A stretch of DNA of 64,000 nt from Phaeosaccion multiseriatum (GCA_965112735.1 OZ218951.1:1488001-1552000), one strand, 5' to 3'; shown: positions 52,560-64,000, counted from the first letter of the stretch. Made by a program: numbers and translations. The notes: a model not told the origin generated them from the sequence alone.

Positions 52560-53517
52560 ATGGCGGCCTGCCTTGAATACAGTGTAGACGCCTCTACGGG
52601 CATCGCCACGATGGAGATGAACAGGCCCAAGGTGCGGAACGCCTTTGACGACGGCTTGTTCAATGCCATCACAGATGGGCTGAGGAAGGCAGAGCACGAC
52701 AGTAGTGTGGCGGTGGTGGTGCTCACAGGACGGGGCTCATACTTCTCCTCCGGGGCAGATCTGAAAGTACTCGCCACACAGCACGAGGTGCGGATTTTTC
52801 AACCCACATCTGAATGGGGAGGGGGGGGGGTTGGCCACACAACCAACCTTCATTTCACCAGATTGTTTTTCTAAACGCCCTACCTTCCTCCTCTCTCGTT
52901 CATGTATCATTAACCCACCCGCCCCCACTCTCTCTACTCTCTCACCCCCTCACACTACACTACACGCAATGCAACGCAACGCAACGCAACGCAATGCAAC
53001 GCAACGCCACGCAATGCAATGCAGCTCAAGAACACGTCTATCGCCGACAGACCTGCCGGACGCTTCATGCAGGCCATGCTCCGCTTCCCAAAGGTGCTCG
53101 TGGGTGCAGTCAACGGGCCCGCGGTGGGTATCGCCGTCACGCTGCTGCCCCTGTGCGACTTGGTGTTTTGCACGGCCTCGGCCACCTTCTGGGCGCCGTT
53201 CTACCGCCTCTCCATCGTACCAGAGGTGGGTAGTATTGGAGGGACTCTGGCAAGGTTCTCACGTAGTAGGGAGGAGAGATAGGTCATGTGGGATAGGTAC
53301 CCCCCCCACCACGACCCTTTCAGTCGGGCCCCTAGGGAATGCCCCATCCACTCCCCCTCCACTGACGTCCCCTCCTCGATGGCCTCACCTCACAGTCCTT
53401 CCCCCAACCAAAGCCATACCGTCCTGACTAAACAACCCTCTTCTACATGCACATCCACTGTACAATGTGCCGCCTTGCCTTGATTGGTTGGGCCTCGTCC
53501 TCCTCGTCCTCCTCCTC

Positions 53518-53585
<68 letters not shown>

Positions 53586-53589
53586 GCTG

Positions 53590-53639
<50 letters not shown>

Positions 53640-54143
53640 GCTACTACCACTACTACTACTACTACTACTACTCTACTCCTCCTCCTCCTCCTCCTCCTCC
53701 TCCCCGTCCTCATCCTCGTCCTTGCCCTCGTCCTCCTCCTCCCGACCCGCCCAAAGATGTGCAGCAGCGTGACCTTTGCGGACGCCATGGGCCTCGCCAA
53801 AGCCAACGACATGCTCTTGTTAAATAAGAAGCTCTCCGCTCAGGGAGCGGTTGACGCAAACCTCGTCTCGGAGATCCTGCCCTCCTCCCCCGGGGTGGTG
53901 GGTTCGTCTTCGGAGTCCAATGTGGTGTTTCTGGAAGCGGTCAAGCGCAAACTCATGGACGGTATGCTGAGCCTACCCCATGCCTTTGAGTCCGCCCTCA
54001 TCTTCAAGGAAGCCGTGCAGTGCCATCGAAGAGGCAGGCTCAGGGTCGCGCTCCAGGCCGAGTTTGAGGTGATGGATCGGAGATTCAGAGAGGGCAGACC
54101 GCAAGCGGCCTTGAAGGCTCTCATGAAAGGAGGCAAGCTGTAG
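52560..54143 (+). CDS. Enoyl-CoA delta isomerase (ECI2/ECI1-like crotonase fold), possibly peroxisomal. Exons: 52560-52787, 53025-53225, 53757-54143
   Basis: NRPKVRNAF, LTGRGSYFSSGADL, AVNGPAVGIAVTLLPLCD, PFYRLSIVPE; C-terminal GKL* resembles PTS1. Confidence 0.88.
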
Positions 54144-55909
54144 ATTGATAGGGTACATGAGGGTGGATACGATAGAAAGTGTACATAGAGCGACCGAGGA
54201 AGCCTCCGAGGGAGTTGTCTCCGAGGGTCCATCCTGGTCCCTTTAGTGTGTGCTGGTGGGTCTGGTGGGTCGTTACGCTGCATGCCAGTCGCTCGGTTGG
54301 TCGGTCGGTCGGTCGGTCGGTCCGTCGGTCTATTCTTCTTCCGCGAAGGGAAGAAGAAGACGGCTTGTGGTGAAAGAAAGGGGAGCACGCGACAAAGGCG
54401 CGACAATACTTCTCGTACCTGCCACCTCCCCTGCTGTCGCGGATGAAGTCAAGAAAGCTTGGATGGGCAACTCTTGGGATCGAGGAGGAGGAGCCAGCTC
54501 CCAGGGACGGGAAGGAAAGGGAAAGGACGGAAACGTGAAGGTGGCGATCGGGCAGGGTCAGGGCTTCGCCCTCTGATTGAAGAAGTCCTCGGCCCTGCCC
54601 TCTCCTCTCTGTCCGTCTGTCTTTTTGTGTCTCTGTCTCTCTCTCTCCCCCTCAATCTTCTCCCTCTCTCTCTCCCCTATCTGGATGGAGGAAAGAAAGT
54701 TGGAAAGGGAAAGGAAGGAAGTGGCAAGTGTCAAGTGCCCGCAGAGGGAGAGATACAGAGTGAGTGGGCCCTTCCCTGGAAGACTCCATTTCCTGTACGG
54801 GGTGGACAGGAGGGCTGTACGATACAAGAGTGACTGACAGCCGACCACCACCAGCCCAGCGTTGCCGTCCCAACCTCCTCTCCTTCATCAAAGGCCTGTT
54901 CCGACTTCGTTGAGTGGGGAAAGAGCAGCCGGGGTGGGGTGGGTGGGGTGGGGTGGGCAGCATCCCGCAGCTCCACGGCTCCGTGAGGATAGAGAGGCAA
55001 GATTGTGCGTGCGTGCGTGCATGCCTGCGTGCGTGCGTGGGAAGCAGGGGCTGTGGGTAGAGATTAGAGCTGTAAATACACCCCCCCCAGTGGCCTCTTC
55101 GGCTCTTCCATTGACTTGACTTTTTTCTCTGGGGATGGAGGCCTGACCTTCGCCGTCGGCGGTCTTTTGTGTCTGACGACCATTGCAACGTATGGATGAG
55201 AGTATGGAGCATGAGAAGACGTGTCATTGCCATATCCAGAGCTCCGCAGCAGACCCATGCCAGGGCTGGGGGATTCCCGAAGGGATGAGGGGGTCAATGG
55301 TGGCTTCCAATACACAAGACGATGAATCTTGTCGAATTCATTGGCGCCTCCCAAAGAGGGTTGTAGAAAAAGTACAGGAGTGTTCTCATCATCGTCTCAT
55401 TCTTTTTTTTTTTATGCACACGCCCGCTTAGCCAAGCCGTGACTGTCCGAGTCAGTGCTGTCACCTCCCTGCTGGCTTTGCTGACCTTTCCCATGACTAT
55501 CAACATGACTGTCAGTGTTGTCAGTATCCTGATACACCCCCTCCCCCCCCTTCCTCTTTCGCCTCGCCCCGATCTCGGTCCTTCAGCGTACGACCCCCCT
55601 TCCCCGCCCCAACACCAGTGGCATAGAGTAGGGGCTATCGCGTCCCGTGAAAGCCAACGGCACCCGCTTACTGCATGGCACAGCAGGACAGCTTAGCTTA
55701 CGCACTCCAAAAGTGTGTCCTGTTGGCAAAGAGAGGCAACTATTACAGCTGCCGTTCCGACTCCAAAGGGTCCAAAATGACGCTTATCCCGCTTTGTGGA
55801 GAGATAAAACGAACGGACCTTCCACTCCCACCCCCTCTCTTCCACGCGCTCTCTCTCTCTCTTTTTCTCTCTCTCCATCTCGATTCCCTTTTCGTCCTTC
55901 CTGCTTGCC

Positions 55910-56496
55910 TCATGCCCCCACAGTGCCCACGCCTTCGAAAGCGGAGCCAGCGTCCATTCCGGTGTCTCCTCCGGCACTGTCGTCGATGATCTTGCCCTTT
56001 CCAGATGTTGACTTTTTCTTCTTGGGGGGCTTGACTGGAGAGGAGGAGGTGCCGGGCGTGATGCCCTTCCGCTTGCAGTACTTCTTGTACGCTGTGGTGG
56101 CTTCTGCTAATGGCAATACGCCGTTCTCGATACACCACTGCTGCGCCATCTCACTGGGGCGAGGAGCAGCCAGCAGCCAAGACAAGGGACGGGAGAGACA
56201 GGGACTTAGTTGTGTTTGCTTTGAATCTTTGCGTGCAACGACAGCGTACCTAGAAGGTTTTTGCCTGTACAGAGTTTCATAAAACACTCGATCCGCCGCG
56301 CCTGAGGTAGGAATGGGGAACGAGAAGAAGGAAAAGGCGTGTTGGCGGGTGGGGGATGGGGGGGGGGCGTTCGTGTGAGTCCGAAACGTGGCACCAGCAG
56401 GCACTAGCAGCCCCGCGGCCCTTCTAGTCCTCGCGTCTTACCTGGTGTAGGTGTCGGGTTCTTCTGACCCGGCTTCATGGGAGGAGGAGACGACAT
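55910..56496 (-). CDS. Small conserved uncharacterised eukaryotic protein (PGQK...RVFYETLY.Q.P.SEMA..W..E.G.L). Exons: 56496-56442, 56301-56250, 56153-55910
   Basis: In-frame GT-AG joins. The motif resembles a family of uncharacterised proteins also found in plants (from recall, not a search). Has a basic KKKK patch. Confidence 0.7.
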
Positions 56497-56992
56497 ATCC
56501 AAAAAAAAAAAAAAAGGGGGTGGGGGGAATGTTGTATATTACACCCTTAAGTGGGGGGAATCGCAGCTTGCCAGGTGGTTCTCTGGCAAGAGACTCACAG
56601 ATATGGTGGCGTTTCGCAATTTGATCATGATTTGATTCTGAGCTTTCTTTCTCGCCCTCTCCTCTCTCTCTACCTCTATTCCTCTCTCTACCTCTCCACG
56701 AGACAACCTTCACGGCAACAGAAGCAGTTGTGAGCCCCAGAAACACCCGCGTCCGAGCGCCGCGGAGAAATCTTGGAAGAGAGGGGACAAGGTCGAAGGA
56801 AGGGCAATCTGGCCCTGTCTCCCCCTCCTCTCTGATAAGGCTTGAACTAGGAAAAGATGGAGCCTTATTATCGTTAACCTGAGGGGATAGTTTGCGAAGC
56901 GGCCAAACAGGGCCACTAGATGAGGTAGGAAGGCGTTCTAGAGGCGATTGTTTAAGCGACCGAGAGCCCCGGCGTTAAAACAACACCCCGCG

Positions 56993-59900
56993 ATGTCAGC
57001 GGCTTCTACTGGCGGTACCCAGTCTGCAGGCTCGTCTTCGACTCCATGGAGTAGGTCCTTGTCTGTTAGTCCGGCCGAAGTGGTCGACTACAGTGAGCTA
57101 CTGGTGAGGGAGTACCTGAAGAGCAGGGGGCAGTCGTTCGAAGGGGCTTTACAGGCCTTCGACGCGTGCTGCACATCTGCCTACGAGGACAACAAGGCTC
57201 GACAACAGCACACCCGAAACAACAGACACAAAGCTCGTGGTATTGGGGAAACGAAGGATGCAGAGGGCGAGGAGGGGGGCAAAGAAGAAACGGGCTTCCC
57301 ACTTTTGTCCAAGGGAGGGGCCGGCGGTCCTTCGGTGCAGGCTTCCACGGGCACTCGCACAGCTGATGGTGATATAGTAGCAGCATCGGGGCAGGGGTCC
57401 CCTCCTACGGCGGAGGTTTGGTATGCGTGCTGTCAGAAGATTGGGCTGCCGTCCCTTCTGGCCGCCAACCGGGATACGGTGGGAAGCGGGGAGGGCTTCG
57501 CGTCTGTGCTAGAGATTCTCATCGCGGAGGTAAGGAGGGGAGGGGGCAGAGAAAGGAGAATAGCGACGCAAGTTTCTTCTGGCCGACGTTGGTCGTCGAA
57601 CGCTTCCTCTGACTCTGTCGGTTCGGGCGTACGTATATATGTAGTTAGCAACGATGGACTACTCACTTCCTTCACTTACCTGCACCCATTTGCACACACG
57701 AAAATATTGCCTTGCTCTGGGTCTTGCTCTGGTTCTTTGTACATGCTCGTACTTGGCACCAATTCACCCTCTTCTTTCTCCATCATTACACTCCTCAGCT
57801 CATGCGGGAGAGCATCTACAAGGCGCGTTCGGGACGGGCCCTCACTGACATACTCATCAGCCTCCCCGGGGGGGCCCGAGTGAGGAGCAAGAGCACAGTC
57901 TCAAAGGCCGATGCCCTCGCTGTGGCCGCTGTGCAGGACCAGCAGCAGCGTGTGGCTAAGCAGATGGAGAGGGAACCACCATCCCGGAGGGAGGGGGGGG
58001 GGTGCGTTCGCCGCCCATGGAACGTGTGGATACCAATGATGATAAGGGGGGAGGGGCAGGTGGAGGAGGAGGAGGAGGAGGAGGAGGAGGAGGAGGAGGA
58101 GGAGGAGGAGGAGGAGGAGGAGGAGGAGGAGGAGGAGGAGGAGGAGGAGGAGGAGGAGGAGGAGGAGGAGGAGGAGGAGGAGGAGGAGGAGGAGGAGGAG
58201 GAGGAGGAGGAGGAGGAGGAGGAGGAGGAGGAGGAGGAGGAGGAGGAGGAGGAGGAGGAGGAGGAGGAGGAGGAGGAGGAGGAGGAGGAGGAGGAGGAGG
58301 AGGAGGAGGAGGAGGGACAGGGACAGCGGCAGGAGGAGGAGGCGAAGAGGGAGGGAAGGGAGGAGAGAAGGCGGGTGGGGCAGGGGGCAGAGCTCGAAGA
58401 AAGGAAGGAGATGGGAGAGGAGACGGAGAAGGCTCAGGGGAGCAAAAAGAAAGGCGGGGAGGAGCGCGACGGCGTAGATCAGCTGGAAGAGACGGGGGCA
58501 AGGGGGGTACCGTACAATGGCGAGATGGTGCGAGCGTGGGGGATGAAGAGGGAGGGGGGGGGGGGGGAGGAGATGGAGGGGCTCAGGGGCGAGGAGGGGG
58601 GGGAGGAAGAGGGCAAGGAGGGGGGGGGGAAGGGGGAGATGGAGGAGGGGCAGCAGTAGGAGGAGGAGCAGGAGGAGGAGAAGCAGGAGGAGAAGCAGGA
58701 GGAGGAGAAGCAGGTGGACGAGGAGGAGGAGGAGGAGGAGGAGGAGGGGAAGGAGGAGGAGGGGGGGGGGCTAGCAAAAGACGGAGTGTTTTTGGCGATT
58801 CGGGAAAGGATGGCACAGACGATGATCTATTCGCAGGCATTCGAGGAGAGGCTGACGGAACGAATGTGCCAGGGGGTACCAGTCCTGGGGATCGGAGAAG
58901 GAGCAAGGTCACGGGCAACAACAACAGCTCGGACAGAGAAAAGGAGCCAGGAGCGACAGGCGGAGGAGGAGGTGGGGGGGCAGGTGGTGGTACGGGTATG
59001 CGGCCCAAGTTTCAATACCAAAAGGATGCGACTCATTGGAGCAAGCAACAGGGGCCACAGTACAGCACTGAGAGCTGGATACCCATGGATGTGCGACTGA
59101 GGGTGAGTCAGTGAGTGAGTGAGTGAGTGAGTGAGTGAGTGAGTGGGTGAGTGGGTGAGTGAGTGAGTGAGTGAGTGAGTGAGTGAGTGAGTGAGTGAGT
59201 GAGTGAGTGAGTGAGTGAGTGAGTGAGTGAGTGAGTGAGTGAGTGAGTGAGTGAGTGAGTGAGTGAGTGAGTGAGTGAGTGAGTGAGTGAGTGAGTGAGT
59301 GAGGACGTGAGTGAGTGAGTGAGTGAGTGAGTGAGTGAGTGAGTGAGTGAGTGAGTGAGTGAGTGAGTGAGTGAGTGAGTGGGTGAGTGAGTGAGTGAGG
59401 ACGTGAGTGAGTGAGTGAGTGAGGACGTGAGTGAGTGAGTGAATGAGTGAGTGAGTGAGTGTGAGTGAGTGAGTGAGTGAGTGAGTGAGTGAGTGAGTGA
59501 GTGAGTGAGTGAGTGAGTGAGTGAGTGAGTGAGTGAGTGAATGAGTGAGTGAGTGAGTGAATGAGTGAGTGAGTGAGTGAGTGAGTGAGTGAGTGAGTGA
59601 GTGAGTGAGTGAGTGAGTGAGTGAGTGAGTGAGTGAGTGAGTGAGTGAGTGAGTGAGTGAGTGAGTGAGTGAGTGAGTGAGTGAGTGAGTGAGTGAGTGA
59701 GTGAGTGAGTGAGTCAAGGGAGAGACGGGGGGGTGGGGTGGGAGAAGGTAGGTTGGGGTGGGGTGGGTTGTGCGAGCGGTCGGGGTCGACTGAATCTCAG
59801 ACACAAGCTGCGACACACTCACTCACGTTGCCCCTCTCTTTCTTGCTCACTCTTCGCCTCTCTCCCTGTGCTCTCCTCTCCTCCTCCTCCTCCTCCTCCT

Positions 59901-60244
59901 CCTCCTCCTCCCTGTCAGATGCTAAGGCGCAACATGAAGGCACTAAGCGTGAGCCTCACAGAGGCAGAGAGCAAGGATAAGATTGTGGCCAAACAGGTGA
60001 GGAGAGAGGGACGGAGGGAAGGAGGCATGGAGCAACTCATCTCTCTATCTGTCATGTCTCTCTCACATGCACTCTATCTGCCTCCCTCTCTCTCTCTCTC
60101 TCTGTCCCTCCCCCCCCCCCTCATCTTCAGACGATTCGCGAGTCCCGTTCGGAGCTGGAGATTGTCAAGACGAAGGAGAGGTTCGGCCTCACGCACAGGA
60201 GATCGTGCGCTCTGTGCGAACAGGTCAGGCAGCCAGTACCTGCT

Positions 60245-60278
<34 letters not shown>

Positions 60279-62074
60279 GCCTGGTGTCAAGTTGTCTTTC
60301 ATTCAGCTCCAGCCAAGGAAGTGTGCAGCTCTACACTTGCGCCATACCATTGGCGTGACTCTCAAGCGCCTCTCCCCTCTCCCTCTCATCTCTGCCCCCT
60401 CTCTCCCCTCTCCCTCTCCACTCTCTCCTTCCTCTATTCTCTCTCCCCCTTCCCTTCCCTCTGCTTGCCCCTGCTGTATCACCACATCCACCCAATCTGT
60501 ATCCCCTCCACCTTCCTCCGTCGTGGGTCGTTGCTAAGCAGAGATTCTCGGATTACAATTTGGTGCTCTCCGTCCCCTACAAGGCTATTGCCGACCTTCG
60601 ACAGCACTGGCACGAAACGTTCAAGCATAACAAAACCAGCGAGAAACCGCCGGTAAGAAAGTGCCTCCGCCTTCTCCTCGAGGGGCTCGGGGCTGACTGA
60701 CTGGTGGGCTGGTGGCTGCCTTGCTGCCTGACTGCCTGACTGACTAACTGAGCTTTCTCCTCCCCCTCTCCCCTCCCTGATTTCCTCCCTCCCTCCCTCC
60801 CTCCCTCCCTCCCTCTCTCCTCACCCTACCCCTCCCTTCCCCCCCTCCCCTCTCCTCCCGTCCCCTCCCTCCCTTGTCTCCCCTGTAGGTGAACGCTAAG
60901 CTCTGCCGTCCCCCCCAGTGCTACAACCTTCAACCTGTGTGCGCCTTCTGTGCTCAGCTCTTCCAAGACCCGCTCAAGTACCGCCCTACCTACCTCATGC
61001 AGGTTCGTCACTTCCTTCGACTTCGACGGTTGCGCTCGTTTCGCTCCTTCCTTCCTTTCCGTTTTGAGTGCTTGCGTTTGTGTTTGTTGGCTTACGAGCG
61101 TGCATTTGCGCTGGGGCTCGTTCGCGAGCCTCATGCACTTGGTTCGCTTTTGAGGGCCTTTGCCAAAAGTAATTTGAAGGAGGTCCTTGCTTCCTTTCTT
61201 GCTCCGTTGCTTCCTTCCTTGCTCCCTTGCTTCCTTCCTTCCTTCCTTTCTTCCTTCCTTCATTCTTTCCTTTCCTTCCTTTCCTCCTTCCGTCCCTCCT
61301 TCCTTCCTTCCTTCATTCCTTCCAGACTAAGCCGCACCCCTCTTCTCTCTCACCCCTCTTTCTCTCTTTTCTCTCCCTCACTCTTTCTCATCTCCCTCCC
61401 TCGCTCCCTCTCTCTCTCTCTCTCTCCATGTGGTCCATCGCTCTCTGTCTCAGCTAAAGGAGAAGCAGCACGCACTCCAGGCGAAGGAGGCCGCAAAGGC
61501 ACAGGCCTACTGGGACCCCCTGGAGATGGTGAGGAAGGACAAAGACAGAGAGATGGCCGAGTGGGTGAGGAGGATCAAACAGGCGGCGGAGGAGAAGGCG
61601 GGTGGACCGGTGGGAGGAGGAGCCGGGGGAGGAGGAGGAGGAGGAGGAGGAGGAGGAGGAGGAGGAGGAGGAGGAGGAGGAGGAGGAGGAGGAGGAGGAG
61701 GAGGAGGAGGAGGAGGAGGAGGAGGAGGAGGAGGAGGAGGAGGAGGAGGAGGAGGAGGAGGAGGAGGAGGAGGAGGAGGAGGAGGAGGAGGAGGAGGAGG
61801 AGGAGGAGGAGGAGGAGGAGGAGGAGGAGGAGGAGGAGGAGGAGGAGGAGGAGGAGGAGGAGGAGGAGGAGGAGGAGGAGGAGGAGGAGGAGGAGGAGGA
61901 GCGATGGCGGCTGCAAGGGGGGGGGGGGGAGGAGAGGATGGAGGAGGAGAAGGAAGCGGCAAAGTGGCCCAGGGGGGCTCTCCGGGCACGGCGGCAGAAG
62001 GGGTCAGAACTGCCAAGGGGGAGGGGGGAGGGGGAGGGGGGAGCACAGCCACGCAAGTCGCGGCCGGGGCTTGA
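56993..62074 (+). CDS. Uncharacterised protein with an N-terminal LisH-like motif, two poly-Gly tracts and a CxxC...CxxC putative zinc site. Introns: 57530-57798, 59103-59918, 59997-60130, 60224-60541, 60653-60888, 61003-61453. Apparent 1-nt frameshift in the G-run at about 57993-58002
   Basis: ELLVREYLKSRG..EGALQAF; CALCEQRFSDYNLVLSVPYKAIADLRQHW ... VCAFCAQLF; splice phases consistent. Confidence 0.68.
58062..58314 (+). repeat. (GGA)n exonic expansion, about 84 codons
   Basis: Seen directly. Confidence 0.95.
59103..59714 (+). repeat. (GTGA)n array of about 600 bp beginning at the intron donor
   Basis: GG|GTGAGTCA then GTGA repeated. Confidence 0.97.
61628..61900 (+). repeat. (GGA)n exonic expansion, about 90 codons
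   Basis: Seen directly. Confidence 0.95.
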
Positions 62075-63389
62075 CTCCTGCACTGAGCGATCGATCGATG
62101 TAGGCGGGCCACTGCCTATTGATTAAGCTCTAATATACAGAAACTATAGCTCTAATATACAGAAACTACAGTTGGCACTGACGATCCAGTCATCCCAGCG
62201 CCATGATGAAGGGCTTGAGAGGAGAGCAGCGGCTGCAAGACCTTGAGGGCCTCGGGGGGTGGAGATCATTTATTGACTTAGTGGGGAACATGTAGTAGGG
62301 CAGGATCACACTTGTCGAGGCAGCTGCCACCGCCGGCTCTGCAACATTCTCGACACAAGATCACTAGCAAATGAACATTCCTGATCCAAGAGCACATTCG
62401 CTTGCTGTCAGCCGTGTGTGCCGCTTGCTACTGGCCTTGCACTTAGCCGGACTCGCTGGGTTATGCCACCCGTCGCTCCGCTGACCCCTCCCCCACTCGC
62501 TACGCCGCCCACCTCGCTCCTCGAGACTCCTCCCGCGAGTTTGAGTTTGACTGCATCTCCCCCGCCCCTCCCGCACGCTCACAGTGCCAGCACCTTGCTG
62601 CTCTGCGGTTGCTTTTGCCGCTGCTAACCCCGCTCTGCCCCGAGGGGGGCCGGGTAAAGAGCAAAAGCGTCGGAGGGCAAAACTGGAACACTGACACACA
62701 ACACTCACAGACCAGGATACTCCCAGAGCTGCTCGTAAAAAATCGATATCGATATCGATATCGATATCCATCCTCCCCGTCAAGCCCCTCCTGCCCTCTG
62801 CCCTCGGCCCACCGTCCATCCTTCTCTATACATCCACCCACCCTCCTCTGTGACGGTGGTGTAAGCTCGGACCCTCCACCTCCCTCTCGGGGAGCGCTTA
62901 CGTAATGTTAGGTAAGGTGAGTGCAGAGGGGTCAGTTGAGGCGGCTCCATCCAGTGTGTGGCGCTACGTGTAGTCCACCAGGCGCTGAGCGGTGAGAACA
63001 AAAAAATGTCGAGGTGTTCGAGGTGAGAAGTCGAGTGCGTCGATTGAGGAACCGTTGGGGTCGGTCCAGGGGACAGAGGAGAGGGGCACAAGAGAGGGGA
63101 GGTGGCGGGGCGGGTGGTCATCTAAGAGAGTAAGAGGGGAACGAGGGGCACGTTACTTCAGGGCAAGCGCAAACTCAAACGAAAGTGGGTGCCCAAAGTA
63201 CCCCAAAGGACCAGCGGCATACATGCGTGCGTAGGTGGGTGTGCGTGCGTGAGTGTTCGTTTTTGTGCGTGTGCGTGTGTGCACGTGTGTATGTGTGTTT
63301 GTTTGTTTGTGTGCGTGTGCGCGCATGTGTGTGCATGTGTGTGTGTGCGTGTGTGTGTGCATGTGCGTGTGTGTATGTGTGTGTGTTAC

Positions 63390-63796
63390 CTCCGCAGCCT
63401 TCTCCGCCTCATCTGCTAAGCGTTCTTGTGGCACGAGTTGGTGCATCTCTGAAGTCTCTTCGAAGTAGCTCTGCGCACAGGGGGGGGGGGGCGAGGGAGG
63501 GAGAGGGAGGGGGAAGGAGAGGGACAGAGAGGATGAGGCAGAGGCATGTGGGAGAGGGAGGGAGAGGGAGGGGGGATGGACGTTGGGGGAGCAACCCTTA
63601 TACCCTGTACTACCAACCCCTGTACAATGCTTACCTGCACGATGCTGCTGATGACGGTTCTGTTGGAGATGGCCCCTTGCTCCTCTGCCAAGGCGTCGAG
63701 TTTGTCCGCCGCCTCCGCAAGCGCCGTCGGATCGTCCACGTCCCTCCCCGTCATGCCCATGAGTTGCTGCACGTTGATGTCACGCCGCTTGTACAC
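63390..63796 (-). CDS. Internal/3' exons (63796-63635, 63470-63390) of an unidentified gene that extends beyond the window
   Basis: In-frame join VYKRRDINVQQLMG...SSIVQ|SYFEETSEMHQLVPQERLADEAEKAAE with GT-AG boundaries; last exon unresolved. Confidence 0.55.
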
Positions 63797-64000
63797 CTGG
63801 TGAAGAGGGAGTGGGGAGGAAGGGAGGGAGGATGGCAGTGGATGGCGAGCAGTTGGAGGTGGTAGTGGATGAGTTGGGATGGCAGAGGAGGGCAAAGGTT
63901 CGACCCTTGTCTCCTCCCCTCCCCTGTTCTCCCGCCCCCCCCCCCTTTCCCTTCCCTTCCCTTCCCCTCCCCTCCCCTCCCCTCCCCTCCCCTCCCCTCC

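Noticed and set aside
54450-55500. Short ORFs between ECI and the small conserved gene
   Set aside because: No recognisable motifs, and no consistent spliced model could be built.
306-61453. Introner elements (families of near-identical introns)
   Set aside because: Host introns share repeat grammar and short motifs but not end-to-end sequence similarity or terminal inverted repeats.
62742-62768. (ATCGAT)n palindromic repeat
   Set aside because: Short hexamer microsatellite in a repeat-rich genome; no supporting context.

Overview
Eukaryotic, GC-rich, intron-dense nuclear DNA, most likely from a flagellated stramenopile/ochrophyte-like protist (inferred from gene content). All gene models were spliced by hand. 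Genes in order: the 3' part of a large EML5/EML6-type WD40 protein (+, 20 introns); hybrid histidine kinase copy 1 (+); CFAP65 (-, 21 introns); a LOG-family phosphoribohydrolase (+); NECAP (-); a degenerate PHD fragment; hybrid histidine kinase copy 2 (-, an inverted paralogue of copy 1); an SPFH/Band-7 protein (-); an ECI2-like crotonase (+); a small conserved PGQK/FYETL protein (-); a LisH-like/CxxC protein (+); and the 3' exons of an unidentified gene (-). Two things stand out. (1) The two kinases start with a degenerate phytochrome PHY-like domain, have no PAS-GAF bilin module, and both end in a Pro-rich tether, a polybasic run and a CaaX-like motif. This suggests a membrane-anchored, chromophore-less phytochrome derivative. 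(2) Most host introns are polarised on the sense strand (G-rich repeats 5', C-rich repeats 3'). Several of their microsatellites are tandem arrays of splice signals: (GTGA)n or (GTGCGT)n at donors and (CTGA)n branch-point arrays. Three short DNA motifs also recur across unrelated genes. Most ORFs in the supplied track are microsatellite artefacts.
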